Positions 46,042-59,300 of a DNA stretch of 64,000 nucleotides are shown one piece after another. Below the pieces are notes generated by a model. The model had not been told where the DNA came from. It worked only from the letters and a program-made list of their open reading frames with translations, and did no database searches. A program made the translations under genes and the position numbers. The stretch comes from Podarcis tiliguerta (taxonomy: Eukaryota): assembly GCA_965153285.1 (NCBI GenBank), contig OZ229118.1; one strand, given 5' to 3'. The stretch's first letter is position 1. Each line of letters starts with the position of its first letter.

Positions 46042-47808
46042 TCTACTTCATTGATACCATACTTAAATTTGGATTGCTTTTCTCCAGAAACTATGCAACA
46101 ATGTTAAACTGCAATGCCAATAAACCAGAGCCTTTCAGAACATTTCAGGTCAGTTTCTTATAGTACTGAAGTAGTCTTTCTACTAACTTACTGTTGACTT
46201 AGGTGAGATAGAAAAGATACAAGCCATTAGAGTCTTGTCTAGAGTCCCCTAGCTATAATATAATCTATGATATTAGAGCCGCAGAGAGCACCAACTCAAT
46301 CATCAGTGAGATAGTATCTTTGTTAATTTCAGAAGCAGATTACCCATTAAGTTCACTAATACCACCTTCACAGTAATGAGTCCCACAGCTAGGCCACAAT
46401 TTGCAGGGGAAGAAGTTTAGTGAGGATGCTATATCCAAGCATGTTTGCTCAGCTATCGCTTAAGTAGCTTTTCTAAAAAGGGGAGGCTGAATGTTAGTCT
46501 TTAACTAAGAATAATACAGCCAATTATACACACCTGTATCCACTGTCTCCTTTCTAGGGAAGTTAGCTGCATGTTTAGTTATACAGGAATAAGTATTACA
46601 AAGTATTATTACTTTTATTACTAATGGATAAAGCAGCATCCTTCTGAATAACCCATTTATGACAGAGGATTGCTTCCCTCAAGAATTAATGCTGTTAAAT
46701 GACCTTTGCTAAAATCCACTTCTGCTAGACTTGACAAGGCATGATGTATGCACATCATGCAGGCACATCATGCCTATGCTAACTTTCCAGACCCCCAAAC
46801 ATACTCTTGGAATAGTAGATTTTTACAGCTGCAAAAAAGTGGTTCTTTCCAAAGCTCCCACTACCGTGGACACTGTATTTACAATGTGGTGTCTATGGCA
46901 GTTAAGCACATGGTATCCTTGTAATAAGGTCAGTAACCTCTACAAGATTTAGTAACACAATTGGGAACCAGGGTGATGGTACGAGATTGGAACTAGCTCG
47001 AGGTACAATAACTCCTGGAACTTGTAAAACAGCATTCCAAGCAAGCACTTCCTCTACACAAAGTTGATGGCCAGCACTTCAGTTTCTGGTCAAACACCAA
47101 ACAAGAAAAACAACAAAGCGACATGTTTAATTCTTAGCTTTTTAAAAAACCTGGTTGCTTGTTAACTACGCTATCTTTTTCCACAGATTTTGACAGACAA
47201 AAAGAGGCTTATGAATCTTACTGGTTGCTTTTGGTAGAAGAGTTGATGCTGAAGTTCAGTTTCAATTCTAATAACTTGTTTCAAATTATTCTTATACTGC
47301 ATAGCCAAAGCACCTATTGCCAGAGTTGTATTGAAAATGGTAATTCAAACACTAAAATCTGGCAAATCTATCTATCCATGATTGATTGAATGCATAGCGT
47401 TGTTACGTTTTGATACCATGCATAATATTCCTAATTCATTGCTACTCTCATATAGGAATGTTTATTCAGATAGTTATTGATACCTGAAAAGAGCCTTCTG
47501 CCTAGTATGGAGATACATATTCAGATGTACATCTGAATCATCTACCCAACACAGAAGCCTGCTAGTATACATAGGGCACACTGGATGATGGTTTCCATCA
47601 GTTTTATTCAAAACAGTACAAAATACCTACAGGGACAGACAGGTGTTCTATAGAACAGAATAGTACTTAGTTTTTATTAAAAAATAAGACACAAAAGGCT
47701 TTGTCTTCAATTTGGTAAGTGTTATGGTTTCTCTAATTTTGACACTGTGATGCCCTATTATAACTAGCCAGTATGGTGTAGACACAGCATGAAAATGGAT
47801 ATATAATA

Positions 47809-47868
47809 GGTAAAAGGTAAATGACCCCTGGACAGTTAAGTCCAGTCAAAGGCGACTGGGGTACGGGC
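47809..47868 (-). mobile_element. Severely 5'-truncated Sauria SINE
   Basis: aggtaaaaggtaaa tail plus about 45 bp of SINE 3' end; flanking TATATAATA repeat (47800-47808 / 47869-47877). Confidence 0.7.
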
Positions 47869-49199
47869 TATATAATATAAGACAACAAAGAGGAGTCTGG
47901 TATTATGAGTCAAATGAGGTTTTATATCACCTATGATTGTCGACATAAATGACCACTCCACTGTGCTTTTCTTTCTCATACATTTGATCTGGAATTTAAT
48001 TGCCGCTATCTTTGTTTTGAGCGTGTTGTTTTATAACCCCTGTTACAGCTACTGTATGGACCTATATACCTGCAACTGAGGAAAACACGCCATGCGTCTA
48101 GCAAAGAATGCAGCAGAATTTAGTCTATGAAAGCTTATGCCGTAACATTTGTTAGTCTTTTTAAGGTGCCACAAGACTTTGTTTTTTGCTGCACATGAAC
48201 CCCTCTGGAAATTGTATAAACCACACACTGTTAATTGAAATGTAATGTGAACCAAGAGACATTAAAACACAAAGCTTTCTTTGTAGAAGTGTCTTCTACA
48301 ATTTCCATTCTCATTACTTTGGGTTCCCACTTTGGCAGCAATTGATGGATTATAAACTCATGTCCACTGTCAGGTCATCACCATCACAACTAATGCTTCT
48401 ACCTTAAGGCAGTGACCAGACTGGGCTGAATTCTGAGGACAACGGTGAAATGGTGAATGGGTGTACATTGCCCCTATAACTTGCATTTGGTGTTCTTACC
48501 TTTTGGAAGCATTGGTCTGTTGGATCTCATCTTTCATGTGTGTTTACTCACTTAAGCTTACATCTCAGCTGAACCAATATAGAACAAAAAGGCAACCGCA
48601 AAAGGCACTATGGGCCACCTGCTATTATAAAAACATATAATTCCAAACCATAAGCAACATCTGTTGCTTATAATACTTGACTTCATGGAGCCATGCATCT
48701 CTGTGACACGAATGCAGCCTTTGACAACCCACTTTTTAAAAAGTGTTGAAGGTGGTTTAATTCTCCCCAGCAAAAATAAGTCCATTTAAATGTTACTTTT
48801 TTATTGCTGATAAATAGTTATTCTTATGTACAAATGTTAAAATCTTCATTACTCTAGTGTCTTGAAATGCCAGGCTATTTTCTTTAGATATTGGGGAAAA
48901 CCTGCAGTCCCTGAAATTTGTTTGAAGAGCATCATTTTGGCTTCAAAAGCAAAACAATTTTACTCTAGGTTGAAGCCTAGAGTAAGGGGTCATTAAGGAG
49001 GACTTAGCTTAAAATTCCAGAAACAGGCAGCTGAGCTGCTTGGCAGTTATCCCTCCCCACCCAAATATATAGAACTGTGATCATTCTAAACATAAGAGAT
49101 TGCCAATTTCACCCCCTTTTTAATAAGGTTCTTCGTTTTGTTTATTTTCTAAATCAGAAGAACTGACCACCTCATTCTATAGTTGTTTGTGGAGCTACA

Positions 49200-49336
49200 G
49201 GCAGCCCTGTTTAGGGAAGTTTTTAATGTTTGATGTTTTATTCTGTTGAATACTCTGTTGGGAGCCGCCCAGAGTGGTTGGGGAAACCCAGCCAGATGGG
49301 TGGGGTATAAATAATAAATTATTACTATTATTATTG
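49200..49336 (+). mobile_element. L2-like LINE 3' end
   Basis: Same terminus as 16927-17086, with a (TAT)n-like tail. Confidence 0.75.
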
Positions 49337-49787
49337 AAAATTACATTAGAATGAAAAGAGTTCTTCCTCAGAGAGGGCATAGTTTATTACAGTCAAAAAT
49401 AACCCCCACCCCCAATAAAACGAAGTTTGAAGACATGTCTGGTCTGCTTAATGAAACATCAATACTGAAATAATGCCTTTAATATATTATTTACATTCCC
49501 TTACTCCTATAACAAAAGGCTTGCTTTTGAACAACTGTCCATACAAGCAATTGTGGGTTTTAAGTCTCTTGAGTACTTTACAAACTTAGGAATGCTCTGC
49601 TTTTATCACCAAGAAAATACCTTAAGAAGTATTTAAGCTACTTCTGAAAAATATTACTAATAAATTGGAAGAAAGAGTTCATTATATGTTTCAAAACCAG
49701 AAGCTTTCATACAAAAAACTTGCACATTATATCATTTGAATTCTTTCTTTGTATACCTTATGTTCCAGTTTGACAGCCACTTAAGAG

Positions 49788-50039
49788 CAGGGGTCGGCAA
49801 CCTTTTTCAGCAGGGGGCAGGTCCACTGTCCCTCAGACCTTGTGGTGGGCGGGACTTTATTTTGAAGAAAAAAAATGAACGAACTCCTATGCCCCACAAA
49901 TAACCCAGGGATGCATTTTAAATAAAAGGACACAATTCTACTCATGTCAAAACACGCTGATTCCTGGGCTGTCCGTGGGCTGGATTGAGAAGGCCATTGG
50001 GCCGCATCCGGCCCACGGGCCTTAGGTTGCCTACCCCTG
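49788..50039. mobile_element. hAT MITE just downstream of the GATB stop codon
   Basis: TIRs CAGGGGTCGGCAACCT / AGGTTGCCTACCCCTG; perfect 8-bp TSD CTTAAGAG. Confidence 0.9.
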
Positions 50040-50225
50040 CTTAAGAGGATGATGGCCTGAGTAAAGCTGAAAAACTGCAGAAAGTGGCTGCAGTTAACTT
50101 GATACAGTAAGCAAGAAGTGAATGAAGTCAGTACAATGGCTTGATTGTGAAAGATAGAAGTATCAAGTAATTACCACTCTGATAACAGCAGCGAATATCA
50201 GATATGGAATTTTCACCGCAGGCTC

Positions 50226-50351
50226 CTACGATAGCAGCTTCTCTAGTATTTGTTTCACCAGGACAGGGTCTGAGCGTCCTCTTGTTGTTCTTTGAACCTG
50301 TCCAATAAGCTTATTCAGTGCTTTTTTGTTGCCCTTCTTTATGTCTGCCAC
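50226..50351 (-). CDS. GATB: GATB last coding exon ([20 protein letters not shown]...EKLLS*)
   Basis: ttttctttcaag|GTG; TAG at 50228-50226. Not in the ORF track. Confidence 0.93.
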   Translation of the reverse strand: MADIKKGNKKALNKLIGQVQRTTRGRSDPVLVKQILEKLLS

Positions 50352-53300
50352 CTTGAAAGAAAAATTACAAAACAAAACTCAATTCTGAACAACATCAAAC
50401 TAAAGCAAAAACACACCGAAGAGACTTGCTGCTAAATCCCAGTCTTCACAACCAGAAAAGCCAGAGCAAACCTTGAGAACTGGCAGGTTATTTTCTGTTC
50501 TTGATGTGCCATCATAAAACGTGACAGTTTAGCAACCCAGAAGCTTAGAATGATTTTATTTCATTACCGTAATATTAAATAGTACAATTCTTGTGTCCTT
50601 TCTCACATTTCTATAGAGCAAACTTAAGGTCCACCTGGATTTAAAGATTCTACATTTACAAAGCAAGGTTGTTGTGCAGCACAAAATGGCAAGCTAAGCT
50701 GGACTTTCCCTTTTTGCTAACAGCAAGCTTGGTGTAGAGAGCATGCATTGTGAAATTAGATTGTTGCACCGATCAGTCTTCAGCACTAATGAGGTGAAGG
50801 AACATTACAGCACTCTACAGCAGGCTTGTAATGGAGTCAGTTGCAAGAGGCAGTGCATAACTTTCCGTTAGTTGGGCCAACAAGTTATCTCACCAGTAGA
50901 GCAGATATTTCTCCATTAACTTTTTTTTAAAAAGATATATACATGGTGTTTTTCAAGAGCAGTAAGTGATTTCACAGATTTAAAAATACACACTAACCCA
51001 TGTATGTTGTTTGTTTGTTCGTTTCTGAATTCTGAAACAAGTTGAGCGCCTAGCAATTTAACAGTATCCCAGAAGGAGGTATGGTTGGCTTGAACCCTGA
51101 ACAGGAGCACTGCTGCTAAGGCAGATATGGGGGACTTTTGGCTCTTCAGATGATGTGGGCCTGCAGCTCCCATCATACCTGACCATTGGCTGTGCTGACT
51201 GGAGCTGATAGGAATTGGAATCCATCATCCTCTGGAAGACCACATGTTCCCTAGGCCTGAACTAGAGAGTCGGGATGTGCTTTTACCATTTTACTACAGG
51301 CCCCACTCGTTTGAAAGGAAGCTCTCAGCACTAAAAGAGCAGCAATGAAAGTCTTGGAAAGAATAAAGCAGGTCTGTAGAACCTGCTACTGTTTTGTCAA
51401 CCACAGCCCACCAGCCATGTACTGTGATCCGCCAAAAGAAATCACAGCCTTTCCTAGTCTTGTAAGGTAAGCGAAGACAAGAGTCCTATAAACCCACTAG
51501 CTGAGATGCATTTGGCTTGGTGGGTCATATGAATCCCACTTCTGCATCAGAGCAATGGTTCCTTTAATCCAGCGGTTCTCAACCTGTGGGTCCCCAGATG
51601 TTGTTGGACTACAACTCCCATCATCCCTGAGCTCTAGCCTTGTTAGCTAGGGGTGATGGGAGTTGTAGTTCAACAACATCTGGGAACCCACAGGTTGAGA
51701 AAGGCTGCTTTAGTCCATCAGCTTGTTGATGGCAGTGGCCACCCAGATCTTCTGGGTAGCCCACAAGCACAACATGAAGGCAACAGCCTTCTCATTGTTC
51801 CCCAGCAGCTGGTATTCAGTAGCATCTTGACTCTGAACTTGGAAGCTGCAAGCAGACATCGTAACTAGTACCACTGGACTGGATTGAAGCAGTGCATTCA
51901 GAACTTGCATCCTACTTTCAGGCTGAACAGGGAGTAATCTTTGGACTAAGAAGAAAAAATGCAGCTACTGAATCTCACAACTACACACTAATTCAAGGTG
52001 TGATGGGGTAGAGCTGCCCTGTGGACACTGGCTTCATTGCTTACCTGGGCAAGGGCGCCGACAGGGCTGTATGGTGGCACGGGGAGAGCCACTAATCTTG
52101 GGCAACCTCCCATCTAGGGTAAGTAGCAGCAGTGCCTGTGGCAGGAGAGGAGCTCCAGGGCCCGACCCAAACACACCACTACTGAGTGTTAGCCAGCACT
52201 TGAATTAGTATGTAGTACTATGAGATATGGCATCTGCTTTGTGGCTCTAACGCTTGCACAGCTTCTGGCAACACCCAGACACTTTTCAGATGACTTATTA
52301 TTATGCTTAACTGAGAAGCGGTCTTTCAAAACCATTCAGAATGTAAGGTATTCTTTCACTCTTCCAGTTAAAAGCTCTTATTGTTAAAGCAAGATACCTG
52401 TTCTGTCAACAAGTGTAACCAAAGCTGAAGGGCTTATTCAAATAATTCTATAAACAATACAGTTATTGCCACAGTATTGGAAAACCAAGTAAGTTCTCTT
52501 CAGGTAATGCTTGCTTGCTGAGGGGAAAATCCAATTTTCCCAGCACCCAAAACATAGCTTTCTGTTGCTGGGGCAAAATAACATATTTCCTCAGGGCTAG
52601 CACTGCAGTTTCTAATCTGATTGCCAAAGCCACAGAGGAGGTGGTTGCAGATTTATAGCACATAGAAGGTTGCTGGATGGTCCCAGTGGTATCAGTGATA
52701 CGGCACAACTCTCCCTATCCTGTTTTGTGACTCTAAAATAAACATTGCTTCAAAATCACTTACAGGGGCTACGTGGCAGTATGTATCAAAAAGGGTCTTT
52801 CACCATTCCCTACTTCTATTCCCAAACATCCAGCTATGTCCTGCCATTTTGTGGCATGATTGGTTTGCTCTTGAAACTCATTAGTTCTCTCTCTGCAAAA
52901 AGACTATGGTCCCAGCGGTGGGTGTTTTGTCTATTATACAGGAATTGGACACAGTGCTACTTGTCCTGGAAAAGGGCTTGCAGGATTATCCTGTTGATAT
53001 TGAAGTCATGGCAAATACTTCGATTAGTTATCTGGAAAAAAGTCCTAACTCATACATAAGATCTCATAGTAGTGTGAGCATAGAGTCACCAATTTAAATA
53101 GTGTCTTATCGTTTAGAAAAGCAGAATCAAAACAGCCTTTGATTTTTCATGCCCGCCTCCACTAGAATACTAGTTAAAGAATTAAATACTCAAAATCCAT
53201 GTTGTTACTGAAACAAAAAACACTTGTGCTCCTTGATCTGTTCTAATGCTCAGACTGTCTCTGCTTGCGCTTCAGTACCAGCTGGAAAATACAGAGGCAC

Positions 53301-56300
53301 TTTCATCAGCCACTGCAAATTAGTTAGCACGATGAAGGTCAGACAGACCTAGCACACACTCATTTTATTTATCAAAAGCTCTCTGCAAAGCTGTTAGCCT
53401 CCACTGAAGAGCTATGGGCGTGGGTAGCATTGTTCTCTATAGATGTTAGCATTTTCCCTACTGCATATGTAACCAGACAACATTTTACTTAACGTTATGC
53501 CATTCATCGCTGCTTTTCCAATCTGTGCTCTGGAGAGAACGCAAAAGCACTTACTCTTTATAAAGCTAATTCTGGATCTTTGGAAGGATTTCTTTTAATT
53601 TGCAAGGATTTTTTAAATAAAAAAAATTAACTGCAAAATTAGAAGCTTCAGGTGGAGATATTTTCTCCTTTGCTCCTATTATTCCATGCAAATGCTATTT
53701 TGCAAGCATACAGTCTATACAGAATATTCACGTTAGCGTAGAGTACCTGGAGTCAAGGGGACATGGATTTAAGTTGCCATCTCCTGCAGCCACTTCATGT
53801 GTCACAATGCAATTTCCCTCCCATTTTATCTGAAGAGTTTCCAAACAAAAGGGCAACGTGAAAGGAAGGTGGCAATTTAAATCTTTTATCTCCACCACCC
53901 ACCCTGAAGAGTCAAAGTCTCTTGTTCCCAATTTCCCAGGGTTGCTATCAATATCACCTCTTTCTGATGGGCTCCCATCACAGTCTGACAGATGCACTCA
54001 AGCTCATTCTGATCCTGCAACAGTTCAAGCTTCTCTTCTTTAACAATCAGAGATGGAGTCTTCCCTTCCCCCTTCCACATCACTTCCAACACCTGCAGCA
54101 TCAAGATAAAGGAAAATCAGTGCTTGAAACATGTCTCTCAGAAGGCAAGGATGACATTTGCAATAAGAAGAAGGCAAAGACGTATTAACGGGCATAATGA
54201 CTCCCATTCTGACACAAAATCAGAAATCAATCTACTGATGACATCCCATATCTAGATGTGCAAAGCATGTAAAGTTTCCTACTTCTCAGGTAAGTTTCCT
54301 TTAGAAAAATCATGATCGCCTCTTTCTGGACTCACATTTCTAGTTCTCTTAGAAAGCAGGGTAATATTTAGTCTCATGTGCCAAGCAGGTATTTTTTAAT
54401 TGTGGCACAGGTATGCAAGGCTATGTCACAATCCTACTGAGAAGGTATTTTTGGTGACCCTTGTCCAACCATAAAAAAGCATCATTAGAAGAGTCCCATT
54501 GTCCCACATGCCTGAACGCAAACACCTCTACACTTTAGGGTCCACGGTATCCGGTACTACTGTAGTTACTGCCCAAAACAGTAACGCTAGGCTGAACGAA
54601 TACTTCTCCTGGCTCCTAATGCTGTTCGCAGGCTTCACATAATAAAGCATCTCACATTTGGGCTTATCACAGTTCTATAATGTGCCACAATAAAATGTCT
54701 ATTGATCAGGCTTGGTGGAAAATCTCTCTCATATTTTCTTCCTTTATAAGGGATAATACATGTCCATTCTTTAAGTCTGTAAAATGCAGCATCTTCCTTT
54801 TGGTTAAAAAAGGGGGCTCTTAGTGGAAGTCCGCTCTCAAATGTACTGTACAAAGTCAAGATTACTAATGCAGACTGGTGTGTACAAGTGTGTGTCTAAT
54901 ACTATGGATTGGATACATATTCCAGGTAGTTTTTTTTATCTCTTTCCCTGCCCCTCAATGCTTGCTCATCTGCGTACCATGATGATTTTGACCATAACTG
55001 TGAATACCACACTGGGTTGGGACTGTGTAGCTGGTAATATTTATTAAGGGTGTGATCTTTGCATATGCACACCATCTGAACCCTATCTGTTATTCCATGG
55101 AGTATGGATAAATGAAATTGCAAAATGAGATTTAGTTGAGATTCCTGCATTGCAGGGGACACTTTGCTAGATGACCCTCAGCATCTCTTCCAACTCTCCA
55201 ATTCTATGATTCTGAATTTCCCGTAGAGTTACCATTTAACCAGGCAACTGTTACTCTGCTGACTGTCAGTGGGAGAAAAAGGAGTTTAGCTACATAAAGG
55301 CAGGTCATAGACCACAGAGGTGTGGAAGGTTATAATGCAGAACCCTGTGGCAGCTCTAGCCCAGTTATCCATCACTGTGAAGCACAGCTGGATGAACTTA
55401 AGTGTCTGTCTGGAATAATTATTAGTTAAAGTTACAGTGCTTTGTAGTTGGGCTCTGATACCTTGGGAAAAACCCTAGAGAATGGGGCTATTTATAAAAA
55501 AGCAATTTCTTTGGGCAGTCATTTTCTGTATTCCCTCTGCTCTTATTTCAGAGATGGAGGCAGAGAGAGAGAGAGCGCAGAAGGAGAGAAAGAGACCTTT
55601 TAAAACAGCTGCTTCTGCTCGTTCCTGCACTGAAGACATAATTGCATGTTTGGGCAATTGCAATCTGCCAATGCAGAAATGACTGTCATGTTGGAAATTC
55701 CATGTTACTAATTCACCAAAGCTAAGAAAATGGAAGTGCTTTTTAATGTAACGCTCCCTAGCAGAATTAGCATTGCTTTACACAAAACAAGATTAAAACG
55801 AGATGGGGGAGAACTAACAAAGTTACAAATCTTCCACCACAATGGATGAAATTTCTCCCAGGGCTACAAGATCACCTGGTCCAAAGTAACAGTGCAGGTA
55901 TGTGGCAAACTACACACTGACACCATTTGAGCGCCTCTTCAAATTAATCTGCCCTGTACCAAGTCTTCAAGCTGTTAACTTGCAGTTGCATTTGTTTGGT
56001 CGGAGGCCACAAAATTTTCAATAAGAAAGCAATCCCATGTAGCCACTGTGCAACTTGGGCTCATTCCTTAGACAGTGAAGGCATGTGATGGTGTTAAATA
56101 TATTTAAGTAAGCCTATCAGAATCTTTTGCAGGGAAGAGATAGGATAAAGACCCTGTGTTCATCAGTGTTGACAAAATATAGTATACGACTAGATGGACC
56201 ACTGACATTACTCAGTGTGAGGCACCTCTCTACCTTTAAAAGCTGGGATTTGTGCAGCTTCCCAGTCAGAGCTCTTAATCAAGGAAAACACGTCTCACCT

Positions 56301-59300
56301 GAAAGGTTCTGTTGTGTAGATATGAATTAATTGGCTATACAGTAAGCAAACAAGCTCACACCTGGAAAGATTCTCTGGTTGCTGTGTGCATAGGTTTGGA
56401 AAAAAGATTTGTTTGGGAGTGCTGCAATTACACAATGCAGCCATATTTCCTCCTCTCATGGCCACAGAACATACCATTTCTAATAAGGCTCACAGCCCTT
56501 CACAATTTGAGCTTCCTGATCTGCAGAAAGCATAAACAACAACAAAAACAGAAACAGCAGCAGCAGCAGCAGCAGCAATAACCCTGCTGGAAGCTTCCAA
56601 CAATGTGTACATGTGTTGCCTGTGTGCGTGTGTCTCAGTTTGCCTAGCCCATCAGTGCTGCAGTTCAATCACCCCACTCTCAAATGCAGCAATTCATTCA
56701 CTGTTGTGTGCGTGTATATAGCTATTTGTGCCCTCAGGCCATCCAATCTCCCTGCCTACTGCTGAGAATCGTTAGAAACATTTGTTATTCTTCAGACATC
56801 TAGCCCATCAACGTCCTCTTCTAAATGTAGCAAGGATGCTGTTTTTCACAGGATTAACCAATAATAGCCAAACAATGACATTGTTAGTTGGTGTCTTAAT
56901 TATATTGGTTATTAGATTGCATTTGTGAAGCCTACCCTGGATTTGAGGTGGGTATAAATCTTGAATAAGTTATTAATTTAAAGACACAGGGAATACGAGT
57001 TCTGTTGCAAACAGATGAAAGCTAAACAGTCCTCCCCCAACAGGTAAAAGGTAAACGTAAATGACCCATGGATGCTTAAGTCCAGTCAAAGGCGACTATG
57101 GGGTGTGGAGCTCATCTCGCTTTCAGGCTGAGGGAACCAGTGTTTGTCCGCCAACAGCTTTCTGGTCATGTGGCCAGCATGACTAAACCACTTCTGGCAC
57201 AATGGAACACCATGATGGAAGCCAGAGCACACGGAAACACAGTTTACCTTCCTGCCACAGCGGTACCTATTTATCTACTTGCATGGGTGTGCTTTTGAAC
57301 TGCTAGGTAGGCAGAAGCTGGGAGACAGCAACAGGAGCTCACCCCATTGCATGGATTTGAACCGCCAACCTTCCAATCAGCAAGCCCAAGAAGCTCAGTG
57401 GTTCAGACCACCCACTCCCTGCCATTAACACAGTATACATGTTTTGTCAAATCAAGAAAAAAATATTAGAAATCTAAACTCTCTCTGTAAGACACTGAGC
57501 TGGTTTACAGATTTTAAAACAAACTATGCTTTAATGTGAACATAAACACAATGTGCAAGTTGATGTGCCATCTAAACCTGGGCTTGTGCTTTTTTTCCTC
57601 TAAAAACAAACCATGAAAGATAAGGTTTGTTCTTTGTTTACCACTCATGGTTTGTTTTGGAAGAAACAAACCATGAGCCTAGGTTTGGATGACACATGAG
57701 TCAGACTCTGGCTTCTTTCATTAGCAGGAAGGAGAGCTGAAAGAACTTTCCTGCAAAGCTCAATCACATTAAACCATAGTTTGTGACATGACCTGGCCCA
57801 CAGAGAGCGTTGATAGGTGGACACAAAAATGAGGATTATTGAGATAATAGATAACAGATTTTTTTTTAAAGGGGGGGGCGTGTTTTCAAACTAAGGCCAA
57901 ACAAGATAGAACATTTTACAAATTCAAGACTCAAATGCACTGTGACACAAGCAAGCTCATGGTGAAGGTAATGTTAAAAAGAGGAATGCTCACTTGTTTG
58001 GCAGCCGAGGAAGAAATCGTTCCGCTTTCCAGAAGGTTCAGAAGTTCAGCCAGAAGAAGAGGACTGACTGGACTAGACCACATAAAATGAATTGAAATAA
58101 GCAGAGATGCAGAAATACAGCACAAGCTACTCATCACGTTTAATATGGTTGTATCAAAGTTGGGATGTGCAGAAAACCATCTGAGCAAAAGGCTCCAACT
58201 GTTTTGCCTGGGTTGTACATTAGGTTTCCCCATGACCATCCTAATCCAGTTCTGTTCATGCAATTTTAAACAGGAGGAGATGTGCTAGTTGCAAATGGGA
58301 ACACGCATCCCACTGAGAGTACTGTAGTGCTGGCTGACATCTGTAGTCATTTGCACATTCTAATGGATGTTCACCCTCTTTTCTTCGCTGTTCACCTATA
58401 TCTTGCAAAATACTTTTCACCTTCACCCATTGATCTCACCCCTCTTCCTTTTGCAAATTAGTAGAATCAGATAAAGAAGGTTCAGTATGATTTTTATGCA
58501 TCAGTTGAACAACAGTAACTACTATGTAAGAAACTGAACCTTGAAGGTTACTGTGGCATCCTTAATCACTGAACAGTTTATTCAGATGCCCATGTGGTAA
58601 CAGAGGACTACATTATTTACCATTATCGAAGACTAATATTTGTGTACAGATTTGCTTGCGCAAAAGTATAAACATTAAAAAGCCTCACCTTTCCTTTACT
58701 TCAAGGTTATACTGTTTTAAATAGCCAAGAATATCTTTTATAATCCAGCCAACGACCTTTTTGGGAGCCATTCCTGTTGAATTCACCACAGCTTCAAAAA
58801 ATTCTACTAATCCATCTTCATTCTGCTCAGAGACAAAATGGTGTGTTAAGATGGCAGCAGCCGAACCAGCTATCCATACCACCACAAAAACAAAACCAAA
58901 AAATAAAAACTCATATCCATGAGCTTTCGGGTCTTATCACATGTGGAATATTCTTAACCTCTTGGCTTCTCAGCTATTCGCAACAGTCAATTGATCAACA
59001 TGCCTCAAGTTAACTTCACAATGCTTCCAAAAACTGCCACTGCATGAGTATTCAATAGAATAGCAAGATAGGCATGACTTTAGCCTCTCCACTGCTAGTT
59101 TTGCAGAAATTGTATACCCTTATAATTCATGAAGTTTTTTGCTTGTGTGTGTATGTTTTCACAGTTAGGCTGCTCTTTTTAGTGTTCTGAGACCACCAAA
59201 TACATACACAATCAGAACGGCACAACCCACCCCGAAAACATACCATAGTTTTTCTTCCCTTCCCTGTGAAATCTGATGACATCACAGAAGCACGTGAGCA

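Noticed and set aside
40918-50225. A third gene, or overlapping FHIP1A/GATB 3'UTRs, between the two stop codons
   Set aside because: Only short low-complexity ORFs and repeats are visible. Several poly(A) signals exist for each gene well before they would meet, so overlap cannot be inferred from sequence alone.
56312-56581. ORF ending in poly-Q
   Set aside because: Translation of an intronic (CAG)7 microsatellite; no coding support.
58823-58828. NAGNAG (GAGCAG) alternative acceptor in GATB
   Set aside because: GAG is a very poor acceptor and CAG gives the expected protein; nothing supports alternative use.
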